Origin: Malacoraja senta | Lineage: Eukaryota | Direction: 5' to 3' | Assembly: GCA_038087875.1 (NCBI GenBank) | Contig: CM075981.1 | Span: 2,542,001-2,606,000, forward strand | Length of the DNA: 64,000 nt | Shown: piece by piece, positions 1 to 12,589 of the stretch | Position numbering within the stretch: the first letter of the stretch is position 1 | Layout of the letters: every line of letters begins with the position of its first letter | Notes under the pieces: generated by a model | Database searches by the model: none | Told to the model about the DNA's origin: nothing | The model's input: only the letters and a program-made list of their open reading frames with translations | Translations under genes and position numbers: made by a program

Positions 1-334
1 CCGGTGAGGTGAGTGTCGGCTCCGGCCCGTTGGTGGCTGCTGGCCGGTGGGGAGACGAGGCGAGGCGAGGCGAGGCGAGGCGAGGTCGCTGGCGGAGGCC
101 CGTAGATAGAGATACGCGTCGACGGCAGCAGCATGGATGGCCGGGGAGGCGGTGAGTGAGGGTCGACGACAGCGACTCTGTCCCGCCCCGCCCCGCCCCG
201 CCCGGGGAGAGTCGGCAGCCGCGGGCGGCGGTTTCGGTGTCAGAGTCGGACTCTGGGCCTGGGTTTGGCCGGGGAGGCGGTGGGTGTTGTTGCTGCTCCT
301 GGTGGTGGCCATCTCGGCCTCGTGGTGGGTGGGT
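1..334. repeat. GC/CpG-rich segment, near-identical to 38087-38430 (marker of the tandem duplication unit)
   Basis: Direct alignment; differences are mainly in (CGAGG)n and (CCCCG)n copy number. Confidence 0.9.
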
Positions 335-804
335 NNNNNNNNNNNNNNNNNNNNNNNNNNNNNNNNNNNNNNNNNNNNNNNNNNNNNNNNNNNNNNNNNN
401 NNNNNNNNNNNNNNNNNNNNNNNNNNNNNNNNNNNNNNNNNNNNNNNNNNNNNNNNNNNNNNNNNNNNNNNNNNNNNNNNNNNNNNNNNNNNNNNNNNNN
501 NNNNNNNNNNNNNNNNNNNNNNNNNNNNNNNNNNNNNNNNNNNNNNNNNNNNNNNNNNNNNNNNNNNNNNNNNNNNNNNNNNNNNNNNNNNNNNNNNNNN
601 NNNNNNNNNNNNNNNNNNNNNNNNNNNNNNNNNNNNNNNNNNNNNNNNNNNNNNNNNNNNNNNNNNNNNNNNNNNNNNNNNNNNNNNNNNNNNNNNNNNN
701 NNNNNNNNNNNNNNNNNNNNNNNNNNNNNNNNNNNNNNNNNNNNNNNNNNNNNNNNNNNNNNNNNNNNNNNNNNNNNNNNNNNNNNNNNNNNNNNNNNNN
801 NNNN
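335..804. other. Assembly gap (470 N)
   Basis: Run of N. Confidence 1.
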
Positions 805-1335
805 ATGAGGGTGTGGGTGTGAGGGGGGTGTGTGTGAGGGTGTGTGTGTATGAGGGTGTGGGTGTGGGTGAGGGGGCGTGTGTGTGAGAGGGGGCGTGTG
901 TGTGAGAGGGGGCGTGTGTGTGAGAGGGGGCGTGTGTGTGAGAGGGGGCGTGTGTGTGAGAGGGGGCTGTGTGTGTGAGAGGGGGCTGTGTGTGTGAGAG
1001 GGGGCTGTGTGTGTGAGAGGGGGCTGTGTGTGAGAGGGGGCTGTGTGTGTGAGAGGGGGCTGTGTGTGTGAGAGGGGGCTGTGTGTGTGAGAGGGGGCTG
1101 TGTGTGTGAGAGGGGGCTGTGTGTGTGAGAGGGGGCTGTGTGTGTGAGAGGTGGCGCGTGTGTGTGAGGGGGCGCGTGTGTGTGAGGGGGCGCGTGTGTG
1201 TGAGGGGGCGTGTGTGTGAGGGGGCGTGTGTGTGAGGGTATGAGTGCGTGTGTGTGTGTGTGAGGGGGTGAGTGTGTGAGGGTGTGTGTGTGTGTGTGTG
1301 TGTGAGGGGGTGTGTGAGTGTGTGTCTGGGTGAGC
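805..1335. repeat. GT-rich minisatellite (about 18-nt GAGAGGGGGCTGTGTGTGT units)
   Basis: Visible tandem array; a related GT-rich array lies at 38540-38975. Confidence 0.95.
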
Positions 1336-1573
1336 GTCAGTATGTGTCAGTGGGTGAGCCGAATAGCCTACTCCCGCACCTATTTTTTTCTATCTCCACA
1401 CTCAGACAGCTCCAGTAGTCAGGATTGAACCCGTGTCTCTGGAGCTGTGAGGCAGCGGCTCTACCCGCTGCACGGCTACTTTCTCTGGAGCATTTTCTGG
1501 AATGTTCGCCTGTTTCTGGCCTGTTGGTTCCCTTGCCCACCCCCACCACCATACTCTTCACTCAAAGAGGAGG

Positions 1574-1880
1574 TGGCACGGTGGCGCAGCGGTAGACATT
1601 CCACTTGCATGTCTTACAGCGCCATAGACCCGGGTTCCATCCTGACCTCGGGTGCTGTCTGTACAGAGTTTGCACGTTCTCGCTTTGACTGCATGGGTTT
1701 TCTCCGGGTGCTCCGGTTTCCTCCCACGTTCCAAAAACTTACAGGTTTGTCGGTAAATTGGCTTCTGTAAATTGTAAACTGTCCCTAGTGTGTAGGATAG
1801 TGCTAGTGTACGGGGTGATCGCTAGTCGGCTTGGACTCGATGGGCCGAAGGGCCTGTTATCGCGCTGTATCTCTAAAGAC
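1574..1880 (+). mobile_element. tRNA-derived SINE (HE1/V-SINE-like), representative copy
   Basis: GGTGGCGCAGCGG A-box, GGTTCCATCC B-box-like, GGGCCGAAGGGCCTG...CTCTAAA tail; many other copies, e.g. 11205-11600, 16508-16828, 23783-24050, 39362-39662, 53220-53610. Confidence 0.8.
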
Positions 1881-2084
1881 TAGAGGTGACTCTGCTGGGT
1901 GAAAATACTATGACCAATGAATGTTTAGGGTGGCCAGTCACCTGCTATTGTGTTTCTTACCCCACGAGCATTAGGGTCAAGTAGGGTCAGTATGGACTTG
2001 TTGGGCTGAAAGGCTGGTTCGGAGATGTATGACTCGATGCCCAGTATAGAGTGTGAGGTCGGCAAGCAGTCTCACCTTCTGCCT

Positions 2085-2332
2085 TTAAGGCCAGTTGCAA
2101 CATTTACAGGATGAATCGAAGACTAATCCAGTGGCACAGCTCTTCAGGTAGGTCCGACCATTGGCGCACTGGTAGAACTTGTTCTTGTCCTTGGGATCGG
2201 GGAAGGTACCGTTCGCTTTGCCATTACAGAAGCCACTGCCTCCACCACTGCTGCCTCCACCGCCTCCACCACCACTAGGAGCATCAGTAGGTGGGACAGC
2301 CGGCTTCAATGTTGTCTTGGATGGGACGCAAG
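2085..2332 (-). CDS. Chitinase A exon 11 (hinge + CBM14, stop)
   Basis: ACVPSKTTLKPAVPPTDAPSGGGG...FCNGKANGTFPDPKDKNKFYQCANGRTYLKSCATGLVFDSSCKCCNWP*. Confidence 0.95.
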
Positions 2333-5300
2333 CTGCAAAGAAACACAGTTCGTTATAAGTTCTCCTAAAGTCATAGGAGAATTAGGTGATTTGGCCCATT
2401 GAATTACTCCACCATTCAATCATGGTTGATCTATCCCTCCCTCTCAACGCCATTCTCCTCCCTTCTCCCCATAAACCCAGACACCCGAACTAATCACAAA
2501 TCTGTCGATCTCCGCCTTAGAAATACCTGTTGACGGCCTCCATATCCGTCTTAGTTCATGTAGAAACAAGGAACCGTGGATGCAGGTCTACAAAGTGTGA
2601 ATATCCCAGTCAATGGGATTATCCCACTGAACCCCCCTCTCACTAACTCCAGAGGGGTCCTGACCTCCCACCCCAGATGCTGGTCTATAAAAAGAGACAC
2701 AATGTGCTGTAGTAACTCAGTTGTTTGTTCCCTATACCCACCACGCTCTGTGTGGAAAACGTTGCTATCATACCTAGTCCTACCACTATCTGCCTCCACC
2801 ACCACCCCCGGTAGCGTGTTCCTGGCACCCACCACCCTCTGTGTGAAAGACTTGTCCTGCACAACTCCATTACCTCCAGAGATGCCAAGGCCAGAGTGCA
2901 GAGTGTTGATGAGGGGGTAGGGTCCCTGGTGACAGAAGGCACCAGAGAAGTCATCCAAAGCCAGATCCCAGACCATAGCTCCTCCAAAGTTGTTCTTCTT
3001 CAGCCACTCAACCTGGAAGACACAGTTCACATTTTTACACCAGCACCCTTCAGTCAATAATGGCTTCTACGATGCGCTGTAGAAAGCGTTTTATCGGGAT
3101 TCAATATAGCACGGTTTGGGAATGGCTCCATCCAAAACCCGCAAGAAATTGCAGCAAGTTGCTGACGCAGCTCAGACCATCACGTAAACCAACCTCCCTT
3201 CCATTGACTCCATCTACACCTCATGCTGCCTCAGCAAGGCCACCAGCATAATCGAGGACCAGTTTCACCCCAGCACCAGAGAAATAAAAACAGAAATTCC
3301 ACGTTTCATCGATGTAAATCCTAACCCCTTCTCCCCATTACCCCTGACACCCGAACACCATGAATTTATGGTGAGCTGGAAATTTTATGCAGAATGTAAC
3401 GACAAAAGATTCTGAAGATTTTGAAGCATAATTCTGGAGCTCGCTGTTGGAAACTCTGCAACAGATATTGAGATAAAAGAGACCACGATGGTTCACGTGG
3501 AAAGGGTGGAACTTCTATGGTCAGATGTACCTTGTCTCCAAAGCTCTTGATGTTGTCATAGCCGATCCATATTCCATTCTTGAAGGCGTACGGGGTGTCC
3601 TGTGGGGCGTTCCATTCGCTGGTGGCACCGTTCAGGAACCCGCAGATCTGTCCAGAGACGGAGATGTTAGGGACCAATCTTGTTGAGGTGGAAAAAAATC
3701 ATGAGAGGAACCGATCAGGTCAACGCAAAGTGTCTCTTGCCCAGAGTCGGGGAATCGAGAACCAGAAGACATAAGGTGAGGGAGAAAGATTTAATAGGAA
3801 CGGTACTGGTTCGAAGGGCCGAATGGCCTACTCCTGCACCTATTGTCTATTAAACCTGAGGGGTAACCATTTGACACCTCAACAAGATTGGTGGGTGGAG
3901 ATAGTGACAAAGGCTGGAGGGGAACAGGAGACAAATAGTGTCAGATACTGAGAGGAGCAGAAAGATGTAGAGAGATGTGCAAAGAGAGAAGGAAAGAGGA
4001 GAGAGACATGTGAAGAGAAGGGAGAAACATGAAAGAGAAAGATAGAAAGAGGAGAGAACGAGAACGGAGAATGTGGGTGGGTGATGTTTCGGGTGGAGAT
4101 CCTTCCTCAGGCTCCAGCACCTTGTGTCCATGTATGTTGTGTGTGGTTATTCAGTATTGGATTGGAAGATAACATTGAGTAAAGGGCCACGCGGTTGGAT
4201 TGGTCGGTAGGTACAGTACCTCATAGTAGGCCAGGAAGCCGGCTTGGCGGGTGTATTTGCCAGCTGGACCAGCGCCTCCTGCTGGTGCACCCACGGCCGT
4301 GCTGGACGAGGTCAGTCTGAATGTGTGTCCGTAGGTGGGGAAGCCCACATTCAACTTATCCACTGGAGCCCCCTTGCTCTTCCAGTAGTTCATGGCGTAT
4401 TCCTGCAGGGACACAGTTGGCATCAAAGGACATTAGGCTCATGTTTAACTTTAGGTTTATTATTGTCACGTGTAAGGAGACACAGTGAAAAGCTTCCAAA
4501 CAGATCAGATAATACCGTACATAAATACAATTAAATCAAACTCGGGTACAATAGGTGGAGCAAAGGGGAAGATACAGAGTACAGAATATAGTTCTCAGCA
4601 TCGTAGCGCATCAGTTCCAGAGACAAAGTCCAATGTCCGCAATGGGGTAGAGGTGCATCAGACAGTACCCAAGCTTATAGAAGGACCGTTCAGAAGCCTG
4701 ATAGCAGAGGGGAAGGAGCTGTTACTGAGTCTGGTGGTGCGCGCTTTCAAGCTTCTGTACCTTCTGCTAGACAGGACCAGGGAGAAGGAGGAATGACCGG
4801 GGTGGGACAAGTCTTTGATTCTGTTGGCTGCTTTTCTGAGGCAGCGTGAATTGTAGGTGGAGTCAATGGTGGGGAGTGCGGCCTGTGGGATGGACTGTGC
4901 TCCATCCACAACTCTCTGCAATTTCTTGTGGTCTTGGGCTCAGAGCTGTTCCCAAACCTAGTTGTGATGCAACCCCACAGTCTGCTCTCCATGGTGCATG
5001 GAACAGTTATATGGACTTGGCAAAAAGGGTTTATTAATTCGGAGAGAGGAATTGAAAAAGTTGAGCAGTATTTAGTTTTCTTGAGCACTTACCACATTGA
5101 AGTGGATGTTGGTGTAATCCTTGTTATTAGGCAGGGGATAGAGGGGGCTGTTCTCTCCAGTAACGTGGCTCCAGGGACCATAGAAATCGTAGGTCATCAC
5201 ATTGAAGAAGTCAACTATCCTGCAAGAGCGGAGACCGGGGTCACCCTGATACTCCATGCACCAAATTAACATCAGAATGCAGAACAGTACAACACAGGAA

Positions 5301-8300
5301 CAGGCCCTTCTGCCCACAATGTGCGTGCCAAACATGACGGCAAGATAAACTCATCTCCTCTGTCTACACGTGATCCATATCCCTCCAATCCTTGTATATC
5401 TACAAGCCTCTTAAACACCACTTTCGTATCTACCTCCACCACCATCCCTGGCAGCACGTTCCAGGCACCCACTACTATCTCTGTATAAAAAACCCTGCAT
5501 ATCTCCTTTAAACTTGAACATGATGCCAAGGCCATCACTTATCTACCTGCACATCACCAACATCCCTCCATGCCCGGCATGATCATGGGCCTATCTAAAG
5601 GTCTTTTAAATGCCATTAACGTATCTGTTTCAACCACCACCCCAGCAGGTTCTGACTGTCTACCCTATCTATGCCTCTAGTGATTTTATAAACTTTTATC
5701 AAGTCACTCCTCAACCTCTGACATTCCAGAGGAAACAATGCACGTTTGTCCAACCTCTCCCTGTAGCTAATCCCCTCTAATCCAGGCAGCGCTCTGGTAA
5801 ATCTCCTCTGCACCGTCTCCAAAGCCTCCACATGCTTTCTGTAATGGAGATGGCCAGACCTGCACGCAATGCTCTAAATGCCTCCTGGCCAAAGACCTAC
5901 AGAGCTGCAAGTTGGCTTCCTGACTCTCACACTCAATGCCCCGACCGATAATGGCATTGAATGCATTAGGGTTGTGGATGGATCTTAATCATCAGGCTGG
6001 AAGCTCCCACCAATGAAATTGTGGAGCGATGAAAAACGAGTTCAAATACGACATCAAATTCATTAAACTCCCAAGATGAAAGCCCACAGGAAAAGTTGGG
6101 TTTCTTTGCGTGTGGAAGGACACTCACTTGCCGAGCTGAGGAACCTCGTAGCCAGTATCGATGTTGCTCATCCCACCAGCAACGGCAGCCGAGAGCAGGA
6201 GTCGTGGCTTTCCTGTGCTTTTCCCCTCGGCCTCGAAGGCAGCCATCAGCTCCTGTGGGTCAGAGAGATCGAGGGCTCCTTTAGCAAGAGATCAAGTCTA
6301 GTCTTAGGAAGGGCCCCGACCCGAAACATCACCTATTCTTTTTCCCGAGAGATGCTGCTTGACCCGCTGAGTTACTCCAACACTTTGTGTCAATTTCAAG
6401 TTTAGGCTGTGGGGCAGCAACTTTACCGCTGCACCACCGTGTCGCCCAAGAATGGGGAAGAAGCCTATTAATCCCCACTCAAAATGGTGCTTGGTTCAAA
6501 TTTTATTAAATTCTTAATTTCTGAATTCTTAAATTCCTTCGTGTAATCTGTGAAAATCTGACCTTGGTGATCTTGACAATAAGGTTACATTTATTGGATA
6601 AATTTGCAAGTCATGCAGCGTGGAAACAGACCCTTTGGCCCAACCTGCCCACACCGACCAATATGTCCCATCTACACTAGTACCACAAAGTGCTGGAGTA
6701 ACTCAGCCAGTCAGGCAGCATCTCTGGAGAACGTGGATAGGTGACGTTTCACAGAGTACTGGAGTAACTCAGCGGGTCAGGCAGCATCTGTGGAGATAAG
6801 GGTGGGTTTGGCCTCCGTTTGGCCCATTTATTTTAACGAAACCCATAGTGAGATGTACTTGACCGCACCTGAGCCAGGACAGTGTAGAGATGCTTGTCAA
6901 CGGGAGGACTTCCTCGAGATCCAGGATATTCCCAGTCGATGTCCAGACCGTCAAAGCTGTACCCTCTCAGGAAGGCGATGACTGACTTGATGAAGATTTG
7001 CCGAGTTCCTGACGAGCCGACCATCGCGGTGAATCTGCAGGAGGGGTGAATGTGGGGAGTGGAGTTAGAAATGAAATGTGCCGGAGACACAAGGAACTGT
7101 AGTAACAGCCGCTGAACTCAGTGACCCAGTGATTGTGCTGTTATATCCTATCATGTACAGATTCACCCAAGCCTTCGCTAAATGCTCGTGGCTAAAATAT
7201 TACTCCTTTCTCCTGCTATCATCCGAAGTTTCATGTGAAATTATTCTTTCTGAAAATGACGTTTAGTTCAGAGATACGGTGCGAGAACAGGCCCTTCGGC
7301 CCACCCACTCTGCACCGACCAGCGATCCCCACACTCTGACAATATCCTACACACACAAGGGACAATTTACATTTATAACAAGCCAATTAACCTACAAATT
7401 TGTACGTTTTTGGAGTGTGGGAGCAAATTGAAGATCTCTGAAAAACCCAGGAGGTCACAGGGAGAACGTACAAACTCCGTACAGACAGTACCCGTAGTCA
7501 GAATGGAACCTGGGTCTCTGGTGCTGTAAGCGCTGTTAGGCAGCAACTGTACCACTGTGCCACACACTATTGAAAGGATTCTTTCTGAAAATTATGTTAT
7601 TTTACTTTTTGGCAAGCAATATCCTATATTGTTCAAATTACAATTTGCAAACTGCTCTGTTTAATAATACTCCTGAGACAGTTCACTGTAAAATTATCCC
7701 CTCGATATTTATCTCTGTGTATATCATTACTAGAGCCAGGATGTTTAGGCACAAAAAAACTCTGAAATAGGCAAAAAGGCATATTAAAATTACAAAGAAG
7801 GCACGAAAAAGGCATTTATTGACAAAGGCATAAAAAGGCATGTATTTCCACCACCAAAATATGGTTACAAATGATAATATAATGTTATAGTAGATTAGAT
7901 GACCAAAGTTGCCTGGTTGCACATAATTACCGGCATTTTTTCAAATTATCTGGTGTTAAACTATGCCGTCTGTCAGACAGAATATGCTTCAGTTCTTTCT
8001 ACCTCAGCTGAGGTCACTGGTGCATACCAGAAACAAGCTACGGACTCTATATTCATGTTGATATCTTGTGCATTATACAATTACCTTTGAGAACTTTAGC
8101 TATGTTTTGTATTTCTTCAAGATCGTTGTTAGCTAAAATCACTTGCTCACATTTTCCTTGTATGTCTTTACCTACATCGCCAGGAACTTTACGAATATCG
8201 TCAGTTACTTTGTGGAAAACCTGCAAGTTATTCACTAATGTTTCGCCACCTTTCTCAAGGGAAGTGATAGCTTGTGGGAAGTTTGCAAAATTGGAAGCAA

Positions 8301-11300
8301 TAAATAGATGTTGGAGAAGACTGAACCAGTGGGCAGCAGCACGAATGAATGAACGACCGACGGTGGTGCCCCCGGTTTTGCCCCGGTGGTGGAAATGTTA
8401 TTGTCATTTATACTGTTAACACTTTAATAATAACATTAATATTAACGTGTTAATATAGAAAACGACATTGTAATCATGGTACAACTAGAGAAAATAGCAC
8501 GACCTTTTAGCATAACGGCAAAAAAAGGCTGATTTAGGCACTCGATCGTGAAAAAGGCATCTTGGTAAAATCATCAAAAAAGGCATGAAACGGCACTTGG
8601 CATTTATGGCAAAATTACCAAATACACCCACTGTTTACGTCAGGCACATGGAACTGCAGGTGCTGGTTTACAAAAAGAAAAGACACAAAGTGCTGGAGTA
8701 GCTCAGCAGGTCAGGCAGCATCTCTGAGGAACATGGATAGGTGACGACTCGGGTCGAGACCCTTCTTCAGGCTGAGTTACTGAGGAGTTACTCCAGCACT
8801 TTGTGTCTTTCAATATTCATTCCATATCACAGTCAATTGGAAAATAACTTTTTTTTAATCTAATGCTAACGTAAAAAGTTTCCATCTTACTTCTGGGTGC
8901 CAAAGTTCCAGCCTCCAATGGACAGCAGAGTCTTGAGGTTTGAATTCCTTAAAAAATGGACAAGATTTGGCTTTAGAATTATGTTTAGAACAACAGAACA
9001 TTTTTCAGAACTTCTCAGGAACTTCTGGATCTTCTGAGGTTTTTTGCCCCTTTGGTGTTACGTTTAGTTGAGGGGATTTGCCTCAGTCTGGATCTCAAGG
9101 GGGTCACAGAAAATGAGGTGAAAGTTCATGCAACAAGGCTTCATAAGCAATGGGCCAGTCTCACTATGTGGGCTGAAGGGCATATTTCCTCAATCTATGA
9201 CTCAATGATTCTGTTGGCCTGTCCAATAGCTTTCTCCTGAATATCCCCCTGGACCAAGTCACCTTTCAGACAGGGGAGGTGGATGAGATGAGAAAACCTT
9301 CAACAAATGGATGTGTAACAGGGTCATGTCAAAGACCCCGCTGACCATCGATCACCCATTCACACCAGTTCTACATTATCCCACTTTCTCATCCACTCCC
9401 TATGCACTTGGGGCAATTTGTAGAGGCCAATTAACCTACAAACCCTTTGTAATGTGGGTGAAAACCGGTAATCCAGAGAAAACGTACACCGTCACAGGGA
9501 GAACGTGCAAACTCCACACAAACAGTGCCCGAGGTAAGGATCGAACCCAGGTCTCTGGCGCGGCGAGGCAGTGGGTCTACCCGCTGCGTCACTGCGCCGC
9601 TCGGTACGTACAACAGATGGTATCTTGCCACATACTCTTCCAAACGACTTGTTCACTTAGATCGACCATTTCGAAGAGTTTGAAATGGAATGTTCATTAA
9701 ACACTGGATGTCTCTTTGCTTACAGCAAGCACCGGGGAATTAATGGTTAAATTTAACCCAATCAGACCCAAATCAGCAGGGTTCCACTCCACCCATTTGT
9801 CTCCACCAAGCTGTCTCTGAGAAGTTAGGCATCACCTTGGTACTTAAAGTCTAAATAACCCATACAGTGGGCTTATCCCACTGAACCGTCCTCTCACCAA
9901 CTAGAGAGAAGTCCTGACCTCCCATCTACCTCATTGGAGACCCTCGGACTATATTTAATCAGACTTCACTGGACTTTATCTTGCACTAAACATTATACCC
10001 TTTATCCTGTGTCTGTACACTGTGGACGGCCTGATTGTAATCATGTACAGTCTTTCTGCCGACTAGTTAGCACGCAACAAAAAGCTTTTTGTGGTACCAT
10101 GGTACACGTGACAATAATACACTAAATTAACTCTGGAATATGGGTTATGGAATATGGATTTGGGGAATATCCAATACAGTAACTGGTTAGCACACAACAA
10201 AAACTTTTCACTGTACCTCAGTACAGGTGACAATGAACTAAACTGCACAATGTAAATATCACAACAATGCCCGGCATTTGAGAAACAAGGTTAAGCCCCT
10301 GTCCCACTTTCCCGAGTTACTCACGAATTCTCCCGAGTTTTCCCCTTGATTCAAACTCGGAGATGCCAGCCGTAGGTACTCGGGGCTATTTTTTTTACTC
10401 GTGGACATTTTTTAACATGCTGAAAAAACGTCCCGACTTACCTGATGCCCCTAGTACCTACGGCTGGCATTACGAGCCGCGACAACATATCTACGGACTC
10501 GCTACGGATATTCTCCGAGTTTGAATCAAGGGGAAAACTCGGGAGAATTTGTGTGTAACTCGGGAAAGTGGGACAGAGACTTTAGTATTTATTCAGCGAC
10601 TGTACTTGTTCTTCAGGCTGTTGATCTCCTGGTAGAGTTTTGGGTCGTTCCATTCGTAGATGGCGATCTCATTGCTCTTCATTCCAGCGAAGGCGTAGAT
10701 GATGTGCGTGCAGAGACAAGGGTCCACGCTCTGGGGCATGTATTTACCCTCTCCTGGTCTGTACTGCGCCCAGTTGGTGAAGTAACACACCAGCCTGTAG
10801 GCAGAGCCTGGGCAAGGGAGAGACAGGGCGGTCAGGACAATGCCTCTGTGGCACTCACACAAAGCAAAGCAAAGCAAGGCTGCAAATGCACAAAGACTCA
10901 CCCAGTTGCAGGCAGGCCAGTAAGACCACCGCTGGAACAGAAAACACAGAGCAGAGTGTTAGGATTACGACATACCGTAATAAGTCAGGGATTGCGGGGG
11001 GAAGACAGGAGAATGGGGTTGAGAGGGAAAGATAGATCAGCCATGATTGAGTGGCTAGAGTGCACTAGATGGGCCGAATGGCCTAATTCTGCTCCCATCA
11101 CTTATGAAATTATGAAACCTTGGCTGTATTACGGCCTAGACACAATGAAAATGTTATATAAGTGGTTGGGAAGCTATGAAGAACTATCTTGTGGGCGGCA
11201 CAGTGGAGCAGCGGTAGAGTTGCTGCCTCACAGCGCCAGAGACCCAGGTTCGATCTTGACTATGGGTGTTGAACGTGTGTGGAATTTGTACATCAACTCT

Positions 11301-12319
11301 GCTATGCTTACTATTCTAGTATAAATTTGATTGTTCTGTTTCTGGTACATATGACAATAACACACCCTTAACTCCCTCTCCCTGTGACCAAGTGGGTTTT
11401 CTCCAGGAGCTCTGGTTTCCTCCCAAATCCCAAAGATGTGAGGGATTGAAGGTTAATTATCCCTCTGTAAAATTGCCCCTAGTGTGCAGGGAGTGGATGC
11501 ATACGTGGGATAACATTGAACTAGTCTGAAAGGCTGAACAAAGGTCAGCGTGGACTCCGTGGGCCGAAGGGCCTTGTTTCCATACTGTATCTCTAAACTA
11601 AACCTTTCCTATCCATGTACCCGTCCAAATGTATTTTAAATGTTGTTATTATACTTGCCTCATCTACCTCCTCTGGCAGATCGTAGCATATACTCACCAC
11701 CCTCTGGGCAACAGGTTAGTCATAGAGTCACACAGTGCAGAAACAGGCCATTTGGCCCAATTTGTCCATGCTGACCAAGATGCCCCACCTAAGCTTGTCC
11801 CAGTTGCCCCTGGATTCACCTTTAAATGTTTCCCTCTCACCTTAAGTCAATGCCCTGTAGTTTTAGACTCCCCTTCCCTGGAGAAAGGCAGAGACCATCC
11901 TTCATATCTCTGCCCCTCGTGATTTTCTAAATGTCTCTGAAGATTTTCATAGACTGCTGGAGTAATTCAGCGGGTCGGGCAACTTCTCCAGAGAGAAGGA
12001 ATGGGTGGTGTTTCGGGGAAGGGGGTCCGTTGGAAAATACAAAATATTAAGAAACTACGAACTGCAGAAGTTGATTTACACCAAAGATAGACACAAAGTG
12101 CTGGAGTATCGCAGCGGGTCAGGCAGCATCTCCGGAGATAAAGGTCAGGTAGAATTGAGACCTTTCTTCAGACACCTTTATAATAAAACTTGAGAAACAA
12201 TCTAAGCTGTTCTCATCCTCATGTAATGTCTAAACTTGATTCTTTCAAAAAGTATTCCAATATCAAAAGGAATTAAACAGCAAAAGGCTCTTACCTGTTC
12301 CAAGAAGTAGCTTTGCCAT
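2085..12319 (-). CDS. chia: Acidic mammalian chitinase-like GH18 chitinase with CBM14, copy A; 11 coding exons, 1419 nt, 472 aa
   Basis: All introns GT-AG. Exon sizes 25/30/202/57/166/125/127/183/117/139/248 follow the vertebrate CHIA layout. Signal peptide MAKLLLGTAVVLLACLQLGSA, FDGLDIDWEYP, MTYD, VWDLALDD, Gly-rich hinge, 6-Cys CBM14. CHIA versus CHIT1 orthology not formally tested. Confidence 0.93.
2874..3012 (-). CDS. Chitinase A exon 10
   Basis: VEWLKKNNFGGAMVWDLALDDFSGAFCHQGPYPLINTLHSGLGISG; AG/GT. Confidence 0.95.
3531..3647 (-). CDS. Chitinase A exon 9
   Basis: ICGFLNGATSEWNAPQDTPYAFKNGIWIGYDNIKSFGDK; AG/GT. Confidence 0.95.
4220..4402 (-). CDS. Chitinase A exon 8
   Basis: EYAMNYWKSKGAPVDKLNVGFPTYGHTF...GFLAYYE; AG/GT. 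Confidence 0.95.
4435..5005 (-). mobile_element. Rex1/Babar-like LINE 3' fragment (paralogous copy at 44445-44955)
   Basis: ORF 4658-4921 ...[39 protein letters not shown] resembles the DUF1891-type C-terminus. Confidence 0.7.
5093..5219 (-). CDS. Chitinase A exon 7
   Basis: IVDFFNVMTYDFYGPWSHVTGENSPLY...HFNV; AG/GT. Confidence 0.95.
6128..6252 (-). CDS. Chitinase A exon 6
   Basis: ELMAAFEAEGKSTGKPRLLLSAAVAGGMSNIDTGYEVPQLG (translated by hand); AG/GT. Confidence 0.95.
6869..7034 (-). CDS. Chitinase A exon 5 (catalytic DxxDxDxE intact, 6929-6952)
   Basis: FTAMVGSSGTRQIFIKSVIAFLRGYSFDGLDIDWEYPGSRGSPPVDKHLYTVLAQ. Confidence 0.97.
7731..8613 (-). mobile_element. Degenerate hAT-like DNA transposon remnant, present in copy A only
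   Basis: Absent at the homologous site in B (51660); flanked by a duplicated ATTAC; frameshifted FWYAPVTSAEVER/LKHILSDRRHSLTPDNL resembles the hAT dimerisation region. Confidence 0.6.
8891..8947 (-). CDS. Chitinase A exon 4
   Basis: NSNLKTLLSIGGWNFGTQ, 57 nt; AG/GT. Confidence 0.95.
10294..10581. mobile_element. PIF/Harbinger-type MITE (288 bp)
   Basis: TIRs AGCCCCTGTCCCACTTTCCCGAG / CTCGGGAAAGTGGGACAGAGACT, TTA target duplication; empty site in copy B near 52663. Confidence 0.85.
10606..10807 (-). CDS. Chitinase A exon 3
   Basis: SAYRLVCYFTNWAQYRPGEGKYMPQSVDPCLCTHIIYAFAGMKSNE..., 202 nt. Confidence 0.96.
10902..10931 (-). CDS. Chitinase A exon 2 (signal peptide)
   Basis: ttccag|CGGTGGTCTTACTGGCCTGCCTGCAACTGG|gtgagt, 30 nt, AVVLLACLQLG. 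Confidence 0.9.
12295..12319 (-). CDS. Chitinase A exon 1 coding part
   Basis: ATGGCAAAGCTACTTCTTGGAACAG|gtaaga, MAKLLLGT. Confidence 0.9.
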
Positions 12320-12354
12320 CTTGTTACTGTTGCTGACTGGACCTGAGCTGCCTC

Positions 12355-12480
12355 TTTTATACAATGAGCTTATCACGAACAATAATCCAATCTGTTTGTC
12401 GTTCCCTTTATCGGTAAGAAAGGGCAGTCACGATGATCCTCCTGCTATTTACAAAGGGAAAATAATAGTTGTTATCTTGA
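12355..12480 (-). promoter_or_regulatory. Chitinase A proximal promoter
   Basis: TATAAAA 12355-12361; GATA cores at 12369, 12407, 12472; forkhead-like TATTTAC 12446; conserved in copy B. Confidence 0.7.
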
Positions 12481-12589
12481 CTTCAATATTTTCTCTTCAA
12501 TAATACCTCGTCCCCTGTTCAATGTCATTCAGATTGTTCGCCTTCATTTTCACCGCAAGACTGTTTCTGAGCCTGATTGGAAATGACTT

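Noticed and set aside
137-887. ORFs of 185-243 aa at the window start
   Set aside because: Artefacts of the N gap and low-complexity GC/GT sequence
10593-10901. ORF start MSLCAFAALLCFALCECHRGIVL as the chitinase signal peptide
   Set aside because: It is read-through of the 94-nt intron 2; the 25+30-nt exons 1-2 have canonical splice sites and match the CHIA layout
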